A DNA stretch of 64,000 nt from Octopus vulgaris (lineage: Eukaryota): the NCBI GenBank assembly GCA_951406725.2, contig OX597817.1:30628001-30692000 (forward strand). Direction: 5' to 3'. The stretch's first letter is position 1, and the number at the start of each line of letters is the position of its first letter. The position numbers were made by a program, and so were the translations under genes. Below, in pieces: positions 52,322 to 64,000 of this stretch. The notes under the pieces were generated by a model. It ran no database searches. It was not told where the DNA came from and saw nothing but the letters and a program-made list of their open reading frames with translations.

Positions 52322-55300
52322 ATTTGTGTAAATATGTATATATGTACATATATATGTGTATAATATATAAACATATATATGTATGTATATATATTTATAC
52401 ATATGTACTTATGTTTGTAATTATATGTTTATGCACACATGTGCATGTATGCTTATTTATATTTGATCTTCTCAAAAAAGTCAGTGAAGTTGATGAGATT
52501 AATTCTTTGCTTTTTCCCTTCTCACTAAACTGCTGTCTCTGCACCTGCAAAAAGATGTGGAATAAAAAAAATTCTGATTTGTTAAATAGATCGGAGTTAG
52601 TGACAGTGAGGGCATTCAACTTTATAACAATTCAGTAATGATATACTCATCTGACCCATGCTAGTAAGAAGGAACAGACATAAAATCAATGAGCTATATG
52701 TATATGCAGGCAGATAGGCAGGCAAATAGATAGACTGATAAATAAATAATACAGACATAATAACAATTCTGCTCTATTGCAGCTTGAAAATAGATGTGTA
52801 GACAATAATAATGATAGGTTTTCTAGAAATTACCTATGTTATTACAATTTAATTTTTGTGTTGGATGCAATGTAGCAATTACCAATTTTAAACTGAAATT
52901 GCATTAAAACTGTACAATTTTCTCCATAGAAAATACAGAAATTTATAGTTGAATTAATAGTAGACAAATAGAGAACTTTAATTTTGTACCCAGTAATATT
53001 TTCCCTGTTAGATAAAGTAAGTAGACAAGGTGGAACCATCAAAGTACTAATTTTACCACTAAAATAATATGATTGAAGGTCTTTTTATTGTTTTCCATTA
53101 TTTTTTGTAATTGTTTTATGTGAGGTTTTATTTAGTTGGTCGAAAACATTGACATCACTGAGTTCACAATGTTTTCTGCTCTCGTATAAAAATATTGTTG
53201 TTCCAACTGAAAATTTCTCTCTATATATATATGAGGTTTAATTGTAGTTAAAGAAAAGCCTGGAAGGAATTAAGCTATGCTATTATTAAAAAAATACAGC
53301 ACAAGTAAACGAAGAAGACCATACTTTTTTGTGATACGGCAATACAAACGACATTAATTTAAGTTCAAATACAAATTATTATAGATAGCTTGCTAAGTCT
53401 TCCAGAAACACAAGGTCAGTTCTTGATGGGATAGCTTGCTGAGTATATAATGAATTCTTCTTTGTAGCATAAATGATATTTTTCTTAGGGTTACTTATAC
53501 ACATATGCTTGTTTCAGCTTGTAATTTTCTGCAATGCCATAGCATATTCAGAAGTGATGAAACGAAGCATTTTCATGTTGCTTTCTTTAAAAAGGCATAA
53601 AGTTTACAATTTTTTGGTGAATCTTTAGTTTACTATATATAACAAAGGGAACATTCTATCCAGAAAGTGCAGACAATTCACAATTTAGACTCATCATGAA
53701 ATTATCTTCATCCCGTTGCTCTAATGTGAGAATCTTGATTCTCTTTTAATTTTTTTAGACTTTCACATAAAAGCTTCTATGGATGTTTAAGTATTTTTGC
53801 AATTTCAGAATTTTGCATATGAATTAATGCCACATATATTTAAGTTAATTTGCTTTTATAATTCAGTGTCCTTACTAGAATTAAATTCATGAATGTTTTG
53901 CGATGAAGACCATTAAACTAGTTTGGCTAATGCATTTATGGTAATCTCATTTGTTTTACTTCAACAAATTTGTTAAACAAAACCTGTTTTAAACCCTTTG
54001 GTACAGAAACATCTATATGTGTGCCTGTGTTTACTTTTAGTGCAAACTGGTGTCTCATGTTGCATCCTTAATGTCAAGTATAAAAATAGCTTAGTTATTT
54101 GATAGTTATTGATAAAATTATCGATAAAATGAGTTCCAAATTGAAGTAGCTACTGAAGTTAATATGGTGGGCTAAAACCCTCAACAGAAGGGCTCTGGTA
54201 TGACTGTGTTCCATTGATTTGATACAATAAAAGAATTGTATGAGGTCACATCTCACAGTATAGTGGCCTGATATTTGATAGACTAGCTGAAAAGAATTTG
54301 AGCTCAAGTCATTCAGGCCATTGGAACAGTACCTCATTCATTTTCCCACACATTACCAATCCCTGAACTATATGAACCTCTAGTTTATTACAATAATAAC
54401 AATAATGATCTCTTTATGCTAACACAAGAGTCACTGTCTTACCAGTAACTATTTACTATTAACTAAATACATACAAATGAAATGACAAGCCATCTACTTA
54501 AATTCATCCAGCTTAACTTGTCTATTATGAAAGTTTATCATCATCATCATAATCATCATCGTCTAACGTCCGTTTTCTATGCTGGCATGGGTTGGACGAT
54601 TTGACTGAGGTCTGGAGAGCCAGTGGCTGCACTATAGTTTCATAAGATATTATCTTAATTTTTCATTCCAAGATTTTTCATTTCCTATTTTGACTTCAAG
54701 TATCCTGTATCATAATACATTATTCTTCAAAAGGCTAAATGAATCATTCATTTTACTGTGTCCTCATGCTAACATTTATAAACTAATATTATGTCTATTA
54801 AAAGATTGCAAGGCAGTTTATTCATCATTGTACCTATATCATTAATTCACACAGAAGAATGAACAAAATGTCTTCTTGTATTTAGTCATATGCCTTTATG
54901 CTCTGAGTCCAAATTTTATCAAGAATTTAATCTTTCTTGTTTCGGTAAAAAAAAGTATCAGCAATATACTGAGATGGCTTTAACCGACTGCTTCCTTTCT
55001 TCAAGACTTTTGGTCATGTGCCAATGTCAGAAGTAAGTATAAAGTTTTCTCTATAGATTAATATTGATATGTAAGTTATTTCTCTGGGATTTATTCAATC
55101 AATGATTGCTTATTGTATGATTTAATTCTTTTGTCCACCCCCTAATTTATCTATCAATGAACTGACATATGAGGATGACTTCAATTGTGCTTCCACATGT
55201 TAAGAATCCCCGTTGCCACTAAAAGACAGTAGATGTCAAATAAGTTTTAAACAGGAACCTGTCTGTTTAAAAAACTTAACTTCATAATTGTTTGCATCTT

Positions 55301-55377
55301 TTGAAGTATGGTTAAGAAGTTCGATTTGCAGTCATGTGGTTTCAGGTTCAATCCCATTATAGCATCTGATTGATCAA

Positions 55378-56590
55378 CACTGTGTCCCACATTATTAGGC
55401 AAATCAACCTTCTCTCAATGAATAAATGTATATTTGTTCAAAACCAGTTGTTTTCCTACTGACCGTTGGCAACATCTATCTGTGCACATTCTGTCAAAAT
55501 AAAGTGGATCTGTGCAGATAAAAACAAACAGTGGCCATTATCATGTAGCAGTAAGATCTCTGATGTCCCAAATTATTAGGCAGATGCCCAATTTAAGTGT
55601 TTTTATGGGTCAGAAATGTGATCTTACCTCAAATGAGAGAGAAGTCTACCATCGTGTCAGAGCTTGAAAATGGAAAAACAACCATAAAAATATCAAAAAT
55701 ACTGGGAAGAGATCACCAAACTGAGAAGAAATTTGTGCAGTCTCCTATTTCTGTTTGGCTGAAGGCAGATAAGGGTAAGCTGAGGGCTGCTTCGATTCAT
55801 ACTTTGTTACATGTGGAAAGGGAAGTTGTGCAGAACCCATATCTGACAAGTAGAGAAGTTTTCAAATGTTGTGGCAGGGAAGATGTATCAAAAAGTACCA
55901 GGTGTCGCCTCTTGAAGCAGGTAATCAGGAATGTTAAATCTGTTACAAGGCCACCTCTGAAGGCTGTTCATAAGCAGAGACTGAAATGGGGAAAAGAATA
56001 CGTGAAGATAGATTTTTCAACAGTTCTGTTCACTGACGAATGCAGTGCTACCTTTGATAGACCAGATGAATGGAGTAAAGGTTTGGTATCAATCAGCGGG
56101 GAACTGTCCTCATCATTTCAGATGCCAACAGTGGGGAGGTGAGGTCATGTTTTGAGCTGGTATCATTGATGGTATGATAGTTGGGCCATAGAAAATCCCA
56201 GATAGCATTAAGATGAGATTAAAAACATATGTTACTTTTTATAGGGCAATTTCCAACCGTGGTTCAAAAAGCAAAAACTTTCATTCAAGAGAAAGCTGGT
56301 CTTCATGCAAGAAAACACCCCATCTTTTGCAGTGAAGAATTCTATTGAATATATACAGCAAATAGGCTTCTCTGGGGGTCGTTTGATGGAATGGCCACCT
56401 TATTCCTCTGACTTAAAGCCAACTTGAACCTGTGGAGTGTCCTGCAGAGGTGGGTTTACCAAGATGGACAGCAATTTTCAAGTAAAGTTACCCTCAGGAT
56501 GGTATTGTTGATGCTGCTCAAAGCATGACACAAGAGGGTATCATCACCTTGGCAAATTCAATGGATCAGTGTAAGGAAGGTTATTACATG
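55378..56590 (+). mobile_element. Decayed Tc1-like transposon
   Basis: ORF 55597-56142 with HTH and VLFTDEC; downstream VFMQENTP and MEWPPYSSDLKP; repeated tgtccca.attattaggca in the left end. Confidence 0.9.
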
Positions 56591-56599
56591 TAGAGGATC

Positions 56600-56905
56600 A
56601 ATATGAGGCTTCGAAAGGCAGCTGCTCCCATGAACCAAAATAAAATTTGGGATTTTCAGAAGGTCAAAGTTGGTAACAAAAACAGGACAGTGGAAACATA
56701 CAACAAATCAAACATAAACAAACATAGTGGGCCGTTAGGCCAGATGAAGTAAGGTAGCAAACACTGGAGGAATATCGTCTTTGGGAAGAGAAAAGGTAGA
56801 AGAGGAGACAGATAAGAATGTGTTTGGCGTGTAAAACAGACTGACAGAAAAAAAGATGATCATATGACGAAAAGAAAGATGGATGATGGTCACGTGTGGG
56901 CAATG
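56600..56905 (-). mobile_element. Dispersed repeat homologous to 50860-51290
   Basis: Sequence similarity; truncates the Tc1 element. Confidence 0.55.
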
Positions 56906-57093
56906 AGAGAGATTAAAGGAGAAAGAGGGAGGGAGAGAGAGAGGAAGACAGATAGAAGGGGAGAAAAGGAATTAGAGAAAGGAAGATAGAGAAAACGAAA
57001 GTGGGAGAGAGAGAGAACAGTACAGGGTAGAGTCACATCAAAATTATTAAGATAAATTTACTCGGAAATGGATGCATGGTGTTCAGTCATATA

Positions 57094-57166
<73 letters not shown>

Positions 57167-57291
57167 GAGTAATAGTATGACAACAAAAGAATGAGAGACA
57201 ATTAGAAATACAAACAACAAGAAAATAACAACAGGTGTCTTTTGAGTAATAGAGATGAATCATATATATATATATATAAAATATACACCTG

Positions 57292-57540
57292 TTCTTTTAT
57301 TCTTTTACATATTTCAGTTCAGTCATTTGACTGCAGCTATGCCATAGTAACACCTTAAAGGGTTTTAGTTGAAGAAATCAACCCCAGGACTTACTTTTTT
57401 GTAAGCCTAGTACTTATTCTATCATTCTCTTTTGCCGAACCACTAAGTTACAGGGACATAAACACACCAGCATTGGTTGCCAAGTGATGGAAGTGGGGAC
57501 AAAAACGCACACACACATACACATAAATATATACATATAC

Positions 57541-57576
<36 letters not shown>

Positions 57577-57577
57577 G

Positions 57578-57608
<31 letters not shown>

Positions 57609-57784
57609 ATACATATATATACACACACATACACACAACAGGCTTCTTTCACTTTCTGTCTGTCAAATCCACTCACAAGGCTTTGGTCAGCCTGATGCAA
57701 TAGTAGAACACACTTGCCAAAGGTACTATGCAGTAGGACTGAACCCGGAGCGATGTGGTTGGGAAGCAAGCTTCTTACCACACA
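57292..57784 (-). mobile_element. SINE family A copy
   Basis: Reverse complement of the consensus. Confidence 0.85.
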
Positions 57785-57849
57785 GAGACATCATACAATA
57801 TATAGATACATATCATCAGTATTTAACATCCACTTCACACATCTATATA

Positions 57850-57882
<33 letters not shown>

Positions 57883-58032
57883 GTACACACATTCATGAAT
57901 AATGTAGTTCATAGAGTTGTTTATAAACATTTTATATGAGATATGATTAATGGAATTTTATGAAATGTATGACCAAAAAAATGTGTTTTGTTCCCTGTCA
58001 CTCTTGCTTTCATTCAGTCACACACACCACAC

Positions 58033-58068
<36 letters not shown>

Positions 58069-58337
58069 TATATATATATACTCATTGGGAAATGAAATGA
58101 AACTTTTTCCCCTTTATTTTTCGCTTTTTCTAGTTTAGAACACAGCTGTTAATTGAAGTTTAAGGAAAAACTAAATAGAAAAATTTTAAGTAATATACAA
58201 TCAGGAATTTTAAAAAATTACATTTCACATATTGTTTTTAATGGATTGTTATGATATCAGGAAACATCTGGTATATATTTTTCATTATTTTTTTTTTCTC
58301 ACATCCATTTTCATGCTTGAAATTTATTTTTGTTCAC

Positions 58338-58377
<40 letters not shown>

Positions 58378-58723
58378 TAGTAATAATAATATGGAGAAAC
58401 AGGTATGTAGAAGTGGTATGAATTGTTGGTGCACTAGGATCAGTAAGTGAAAGGGCTGATGCATGGCTTGAGAAGCTAAGGATTTCCATCAGGATCGGAC
58501 TTCATGTGTGTGTGTGTGTGTGTGTCTGTGTGTATGCATACATGTTGACTGTATATGTGCATGCATGTGTGACTGCATGTGTGTATTGTATGCACATATA
58601 CACACTTGCATGTACACAGATGCATACAAATGAACCCATGTATGCTCTTCCGGACACACACACACACACTGGCAGAAACTGAAAGAAGCCTGTTGTATGT
58701 ATATATATATATATATGTATATG

Positions 58724-59010
58724 TGGAGGCGCAATGGCCCAGTGGTTAGGGCAGCGAACTTGCGGTTTTGATTCCCAGACCAGGCCTTGTGAGTGTTTAT
58801 TGAGCGAAAACACCTAAAGCTCCACGAGGCTCCGGCATGGGGTAGTGGTGATCCCTGCCGTACTCTTTCGCCACAACTTTCTCTCACTCTTTCTTCTGTT
58901 GGCCTGCTCGCTTAGCCAGCAGGGTGGCGTCATTTGAAGGCTAAAACAATGCGAAGTGCATTGTGACCAGCGATGTGTAGCAACATCTGATAGCCTGGTC
59001 GGTCACGGTG
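58724..59010 (+). mobile_element. SINE family C nested in the TA tract of a SINE A remnant (~58670-59240)
   Basis: ggaggcgcaatggcccagtggttagggcagc head. Confidence 0.85.
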
Positions 59011-59280
59011 ATATATGTATATATTTGTGTGTGTGTGTGTGCTTTTGTCCCCACCACCATTACTTGACAACCAACACTGGTGTGTTTATGTCCCTGTAAC
59101 TTGGTGGTTCAGCAAAAGAATAAGTACTAGCCTTACAAAAAAGTCAGTCCTGGGGTTGATTTCTTCAACTAAAACCCTTTAAGGTGGTGGTGTGGCAGAG
59201 CTGCAGTCAAATGATTGAAATATATAAAAGAATAAAAGAACAGGTATATATATATATATATATATATAATTCCATTATAT

Positions 59281-59662
59281 GTGGCTGTGTGGTAAGTAAC
59301 TTGCTAACCAACCACATGGTTCCGGGTTCAGTCCCACTGCGTGGCATCTTGTGTGTCTTCTGCTATAGCCCCAGGCCGACCAATGCCTTGTGAGTGGATT
59401 TGGTAGACGGAAACTGAAAGAAGCCTGTCGTATATATGTATATATATATATGTATGTGTTTGTGTGTCTGTGTTTGTCCCCCTAGCATTGCTTGACAACT
59501 GATGCTGGTGTGTTTACGACCCCTTCACTTAGCGGTTCGGCAAAAGAGACCAATAGAATAAGTACTGGGCTTACAAAGAATAAGTCCTGGGGTCGAATTG
59601 CTCGACTAAAAGGTGGTGCCCCAGCATGGCCACAGTCAAATGACTGAAACAAGTAAAAGAGT
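59281..59662 (+). mobile_element. SINE family A copy
   Basis: Consensus match. Confidence 0.9.
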
Positions 59663-59669
59663 ATATGAA

Positions 59670-60016
59670 TCCATTAGCAATGTGCACCAAAGAATAACAA
59701 AGAGCAATGATCCGATTTCTCTGGCTTGGAAGGTGTGTCAGGAGCTGAAATTCATCAGAGGCTTTAGCAAAATATGGGGACAGTGCACTACCATGTAGAA
59801 TTGTGTATGAATGGATTAAGAAGCTTAAAAGTGGCCAGACAAGCATGATGCACAAAGAGGGAGCAGGACACCTGTCAACTTCCACCACTGATGAGAAGGT
59901 TCTACAAGCTTGGGAGATGGTAATGGTAAACTGGTTCACCATTACCATTTCTCGGATCACTGCTTTTTGTTCTTCTTTGGGGCACATTGCTAGTGGAGCA
60001 GCCATGCCTACGCTGT
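59670..60016. mobile_element. Rearranged mariner 5' fragments in both orientations
   Basis: Plus strand MYEWIKKLKSGQTSMMHKEGAGHLSTSTT; minus strand MAAPLAMCPKEEQKAVIR. Confidence 0.75.
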
Positions 60017-60120
60017 AAAGCCAGAAAGAAAAATGGAATGATCCAGCTCAAACTTCAATCATGTGACCACAATAGTACCAACTATAAGCACACGTGCACA
60101 GAAGGCAGTGTGACAATAAT

Positions 60121-60330
60121 GCTTTCTGCTATGGGCACAAGGCCTGGAATTTTGGGGAAGGGGGTAAGTCGATTATATCGACCCCCGCTAGTGTTCAACT
60201 GGTACTTATTTTATCGACCCCAGAAGGATGAAAGGCAAAGTCGACCTCAGCGGAATTTGAACTTGGAACCTGAAGACAGACGAAATACTGCTGAACTTTT
60301 CTCCCAGCGTGCTAACGATTCTGCTAGCTC
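60121..60330 (-). mobile_element. SINE family B copy
   Basis: Reverse complement of the consensus. Confidence 0.85.
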
Positions 60331-61201
60331 ATTATGGTGAAAGTGCAGATAAATTTCGACTTCCCCTTGTATGTATACCGGTACACACATTTGCAAACGA
60401 CTACATAATACATGTGTGTGTGTGTGCATGCACTTGCACACCCCAACAATTATTAAATTTACTATATTTATGTGTGAATGTGCTGGGAGGTTTGCGGAGA
60501 CAAAAATCAAATTTTTGCATCCAAGAAAACCCTTCTATCAAAAGGAAGACTTGATGTGATGAAGATGTATATAGCAATTCTTTGCTTTTGAAGGAAGTAT
60601 TATTAACAGACAGTATCTGCTATGCCATTGTTGTTTTGTAAAAGTTCTATCTACTGCAAGCTCAGCTTGAGGTGGAATACATAATGTTTTTGCTTTTGTA
60701 TTTCGTCATCATAGAGATTGTATTGGTAGTTTATGGAAAAAATAAAAATAAAAGTAAAAAAAATAAAAAATATGTTTTCATGGTGTATTTGGACAATTTT
60801 GGTTCTTATCATGTGGGTCTGATAGTAGAGCAAGTTAAAGATTAATACTGCCAATGTTATTGGATGTTATCTGCTATTTAACCATAGGCCTGTGAGGACT
60901 GAGTTAAGTTTATGATCAAAGCATTCGATTTATGACCATCCTGTTAGTTTTCTGAAGTTTTTTTGTTTTATTTTTGCAGGGTACTCTGGACTACATTATC
61001 CAATTATTTTTTTTTTTAAAAAGATGGTAGGTTATCTTTCCATTTTTAAAAATAAAATGAATGAGGTTTGGCTGCTATTTCTAGGAGGTTGAATGATCAT
61101 GTAATTTCATCATGATGTAATTAGTGATGGTGATAATGTGTATGAGAAGTAGTGTATGGGAATAATATTTCTTTATCATCATCAACAGCATCATTGTGAT
61201 T

Positions 61202-61239
<38 letters not shown>

Positions 61240-61799
61240 TATCAGCTTCAACAGCACCAGTAGCCTCCCAGTAGTAGCAGCAGTAACAAGTGGAGTGGTT
61301 TCATATGTTAATAAACTGAATGAACGAATTCATAATAACCACAGATATACCTGACAGAGAATAAATCCCATTACTTCTTCAAGGTCTTCAAAAAAATCTC
61401 TTCTGAATTATGACTAAATGAAGAATGGTTGTGCATTTCTTATAAAAATATAACATATCTTTTAAAAAGATCTTCAAAGATTTCTCTGGTGATTCAAATC
61501 TCAATGGTTTCAAAGTTTCACCATTTTGTCCCAGAGGATTGTTATCTGATACGTTAGCACTAAAACTCAACAAAAATAGACGATGTTCTTCTGGATTGAA
61601 ATTTCTAAACCATAACATATACAAAACACTGTTCCATCTTTAATCTATTCTGTTTGATTTTGAACATTCCCAACTAATTTCAAAATAATCTTATAATTCA
61701 GAAACAATTCCCCACTGAAAATCAGAAATTTTTTGTTCATTTATTCTAACATTGGCAAGATCCTTAAAAAGACAATGAACTCATCTCTTACAGATTTTC

Positions 61800-62350
61800 T
61801 GTTAAAGTTCTAAATTTATGTAATTTAACTTCTGAAAGAATCACTCAGCAATATCTAACATAACAGATGTTGTTGAAGTCCTTTGTAAGTCCCTTAACAC
61901 TGGTCAACAGACACAAGTAGTCATTGATTGTCTCTGAAAGGCATTTGATATTGTCATCCATATGATGTTCTTATCTACATTAACTCACCATGGAGTTTGT
62001 AACCTTTTAAAAATGTGCTTTAAATCTTACTTTTCATCACTCTGGATTTTATAACTCTAGTTAACGTTTACACAATGAAGCCTAATCACTTATAATCTAC
62101 CTGTAGCTCCATTTTCACTTCCATTCATAAAAAACATTAATTACTGACCTGATGGTATTGAAAATAGTATACTATGTCACTTAGGTAATAAGGCCAATAT
62201 ATTTCTGGTCAATAAATTACATGAAACTATAAATAAAAGAGTCAATAAACACTTAAAATATACCTGTTAGTGATTAACACCAATAAAATATCACTTGATC
62301 CAAACAAACAGGAATTTATCTAATTTCACCAGAAGTAGAATCCAATGTAT
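61800..62350 (+). mobile_element. Decayed CR1/L2-like RT fragment
   Basis: NHSAISNITDVVEVLCKSLNTG...DCL*KAFDIVIHMMFLSTLTHHGV...FKSYFS; NKISLDPNKQEFI. Confidence 0.7.
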
Positions 62351-62729
62351 TTCTATCTATGGTTGATTTTTAATGGGAAAATTTGATATCATAATTACCT
62401 TTATTGTCGATAATTACCTGTATTATCACCTGCATTGGAAATCATTTGTATTAAAAGCCACATATGAACCATTTGTTACCTAAGCATGAAAATGCAAATG
62501 ACACCTGTGAAGTATTCAGGAATTATGTGATTTAAAGCATCTATTTTCTTTTCTTTTGCTTTTTAGTCAGGTAATCAGTGCTCATGACTAGTTACAGGGG
62601 CTCTCCAATAGGTGGAAAAGAGGAAAAAAAATCTTCAATTTGGTATTCAAACATTTATTTTTTCAAAGTGTTCAAAACAATCTCTTCTGTATTTTGACTA
62701 AGCAAGAATGGTTCTATATTTTTGATAAA

Positions 62730-62944
62730 AGGCGGTGAGCTGGTAGAATAGTTAGCACTCCGGGGGAAATGCTGTCGTTATGTTCTGAGTTCAAATTCTG
62801 CCGAGGTCATCTTTGCCTTTCATCCTTTCAGTGTTGATTTAATAAGTACCAGTTACGCACTGGGGTTGATATAATCGACTTAATCCATTTGTCTGTCCTT
62901 GTTTGTCCTCTCTGTGTTAAGCCCCTTGTGGGTAGTAAAAAATA
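62730..62944 (+). mobile_element. SINE family B with a perfect 20-bp TSD
   Basis: GGTTCTATATTTTTGATAAA at 62710-62729 and 62945-62964. Confidence 0.9.
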
Positions 62945-64000
62945 GGTTCTATATTTTTGATAAATTTGTTGTTGCTAAAACATATAATGTTTGCAACAGT
63001 GTGTAATCCACTAATACATTCAAGGTTCAAGGTGACTGTGTTAACCAGACAATTGATTAAGTCTATAATCCAGGTAAGCCATTGTGAGATTTGAACTTGG
63101 AATGCAAACAGCCAGAATAAATACTCCAAAGTATCCAGTCTGATGTTCTTACAGTTCTACCAATCTTTCAGCCTTGATTTGTACTTTTTTATTAGCCTCA
63201 AAATAGATGAAAGACACAGATGACCACGATGGGATTTGAACTCAATGGGGGTAGAGGATTAGAACAAATACTACAAATCATTTTACTTGATGCATTGATG
63301 ACTCTGCTAATTCACTGCCTTGTAACTGTGTATTATACATTTTTCAATAATATAATCTTTAACGTAGTCAAATCTAATGACAAATCACAGTTCTGCCTCA
63401 AGCCAAATATATTCTGTTCCAGATAGTAACCTAAAAATAAACTCAAATTTCATGTCTTGTCATTGGCACTTTCATGTATCACTAGCCAAGATATTTCATT
63501 AACTTTAGCAAAGTTCAAGTATATATACACTGTGTAAGTAGTGTCAGTGCTCTGCATTGGCAATTGTCTTATTTTCACAGTTAAATTCAATTCCTTGGCA
63601 CTTTAGTCAGGTTTATAAACTACTAGATACACTAATATTAGCAAGTATTTACCACTACCACACATTGGATTTATAAGATTTTCCAAAGTGTAGAAAAAGG
63701 GGTTACTGAGAACATTGGTTCTTTTCGGTTTGAACAGCAGTTTTTAACATAATTTCTAGGTAACTAAAAAATTTTAAACTTCGTATACTGGTAGAATGTG
63801 TTTATAAAACATCTTTTTCTCTTGGCTTTATTGAGAAAATTCTATAGTTTGTAAGATATTTGTTGTTGTTTTTTTTCTTCAATTTCTGCAATTTCAACCA
63901 ATCACTGATGTCTATTGAGGTAAAATACATTCTGTGCCGTATGAATATGTCCCTCGTTTAAGAAACAGATTGGGTTTATTTACATTTGAAGAAAAAAAGA

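Noticed and set aside
55597-56142. Longest non-repetitive ORF as a functional or domesticated gene
   Set aside because: Tc1 transposase with a frameshift, downstream stops and altered catalytic residues

Overview
AT-rich, repeat-saturated eukaryotic DNA, probably intronic or intergenic. The SINE families and microsatellite load resemble an octopus (coleoid cephalopod) genome; this is an inference from recognition, not a database result. No intact protein-coding gene is visible, and most ORF-track entries are microsatellite or SINE translation artefacts. The window holds many copies of at least three tRNA-derived SINE families and decayed LINEs (RTE, R4/Dong, CR1/L2). It also holds a Gypsy pol remnant, DNA transposons (Chapaev3, hAT with an 8-bp TSD, Tc1/mariner, a piggyBac-like MITE), three non-autonomous Helitrons and Penelope-like (GIY-YIG) remnants. 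The most notable signal is a set of minimal hammerhead-ribozyme and hammerhead-like motifs at about 38-57 kb. One has a canonical core and lies just 3' of a Penelope endonuclease tail. The others have non-canonical cores and sit in short dispersed repeats or in a ~250-bp fold-back. There are also several long inverted repeats and a few weak exon or micro-exon candidates. Boundaries of degenerate elements are approximate.
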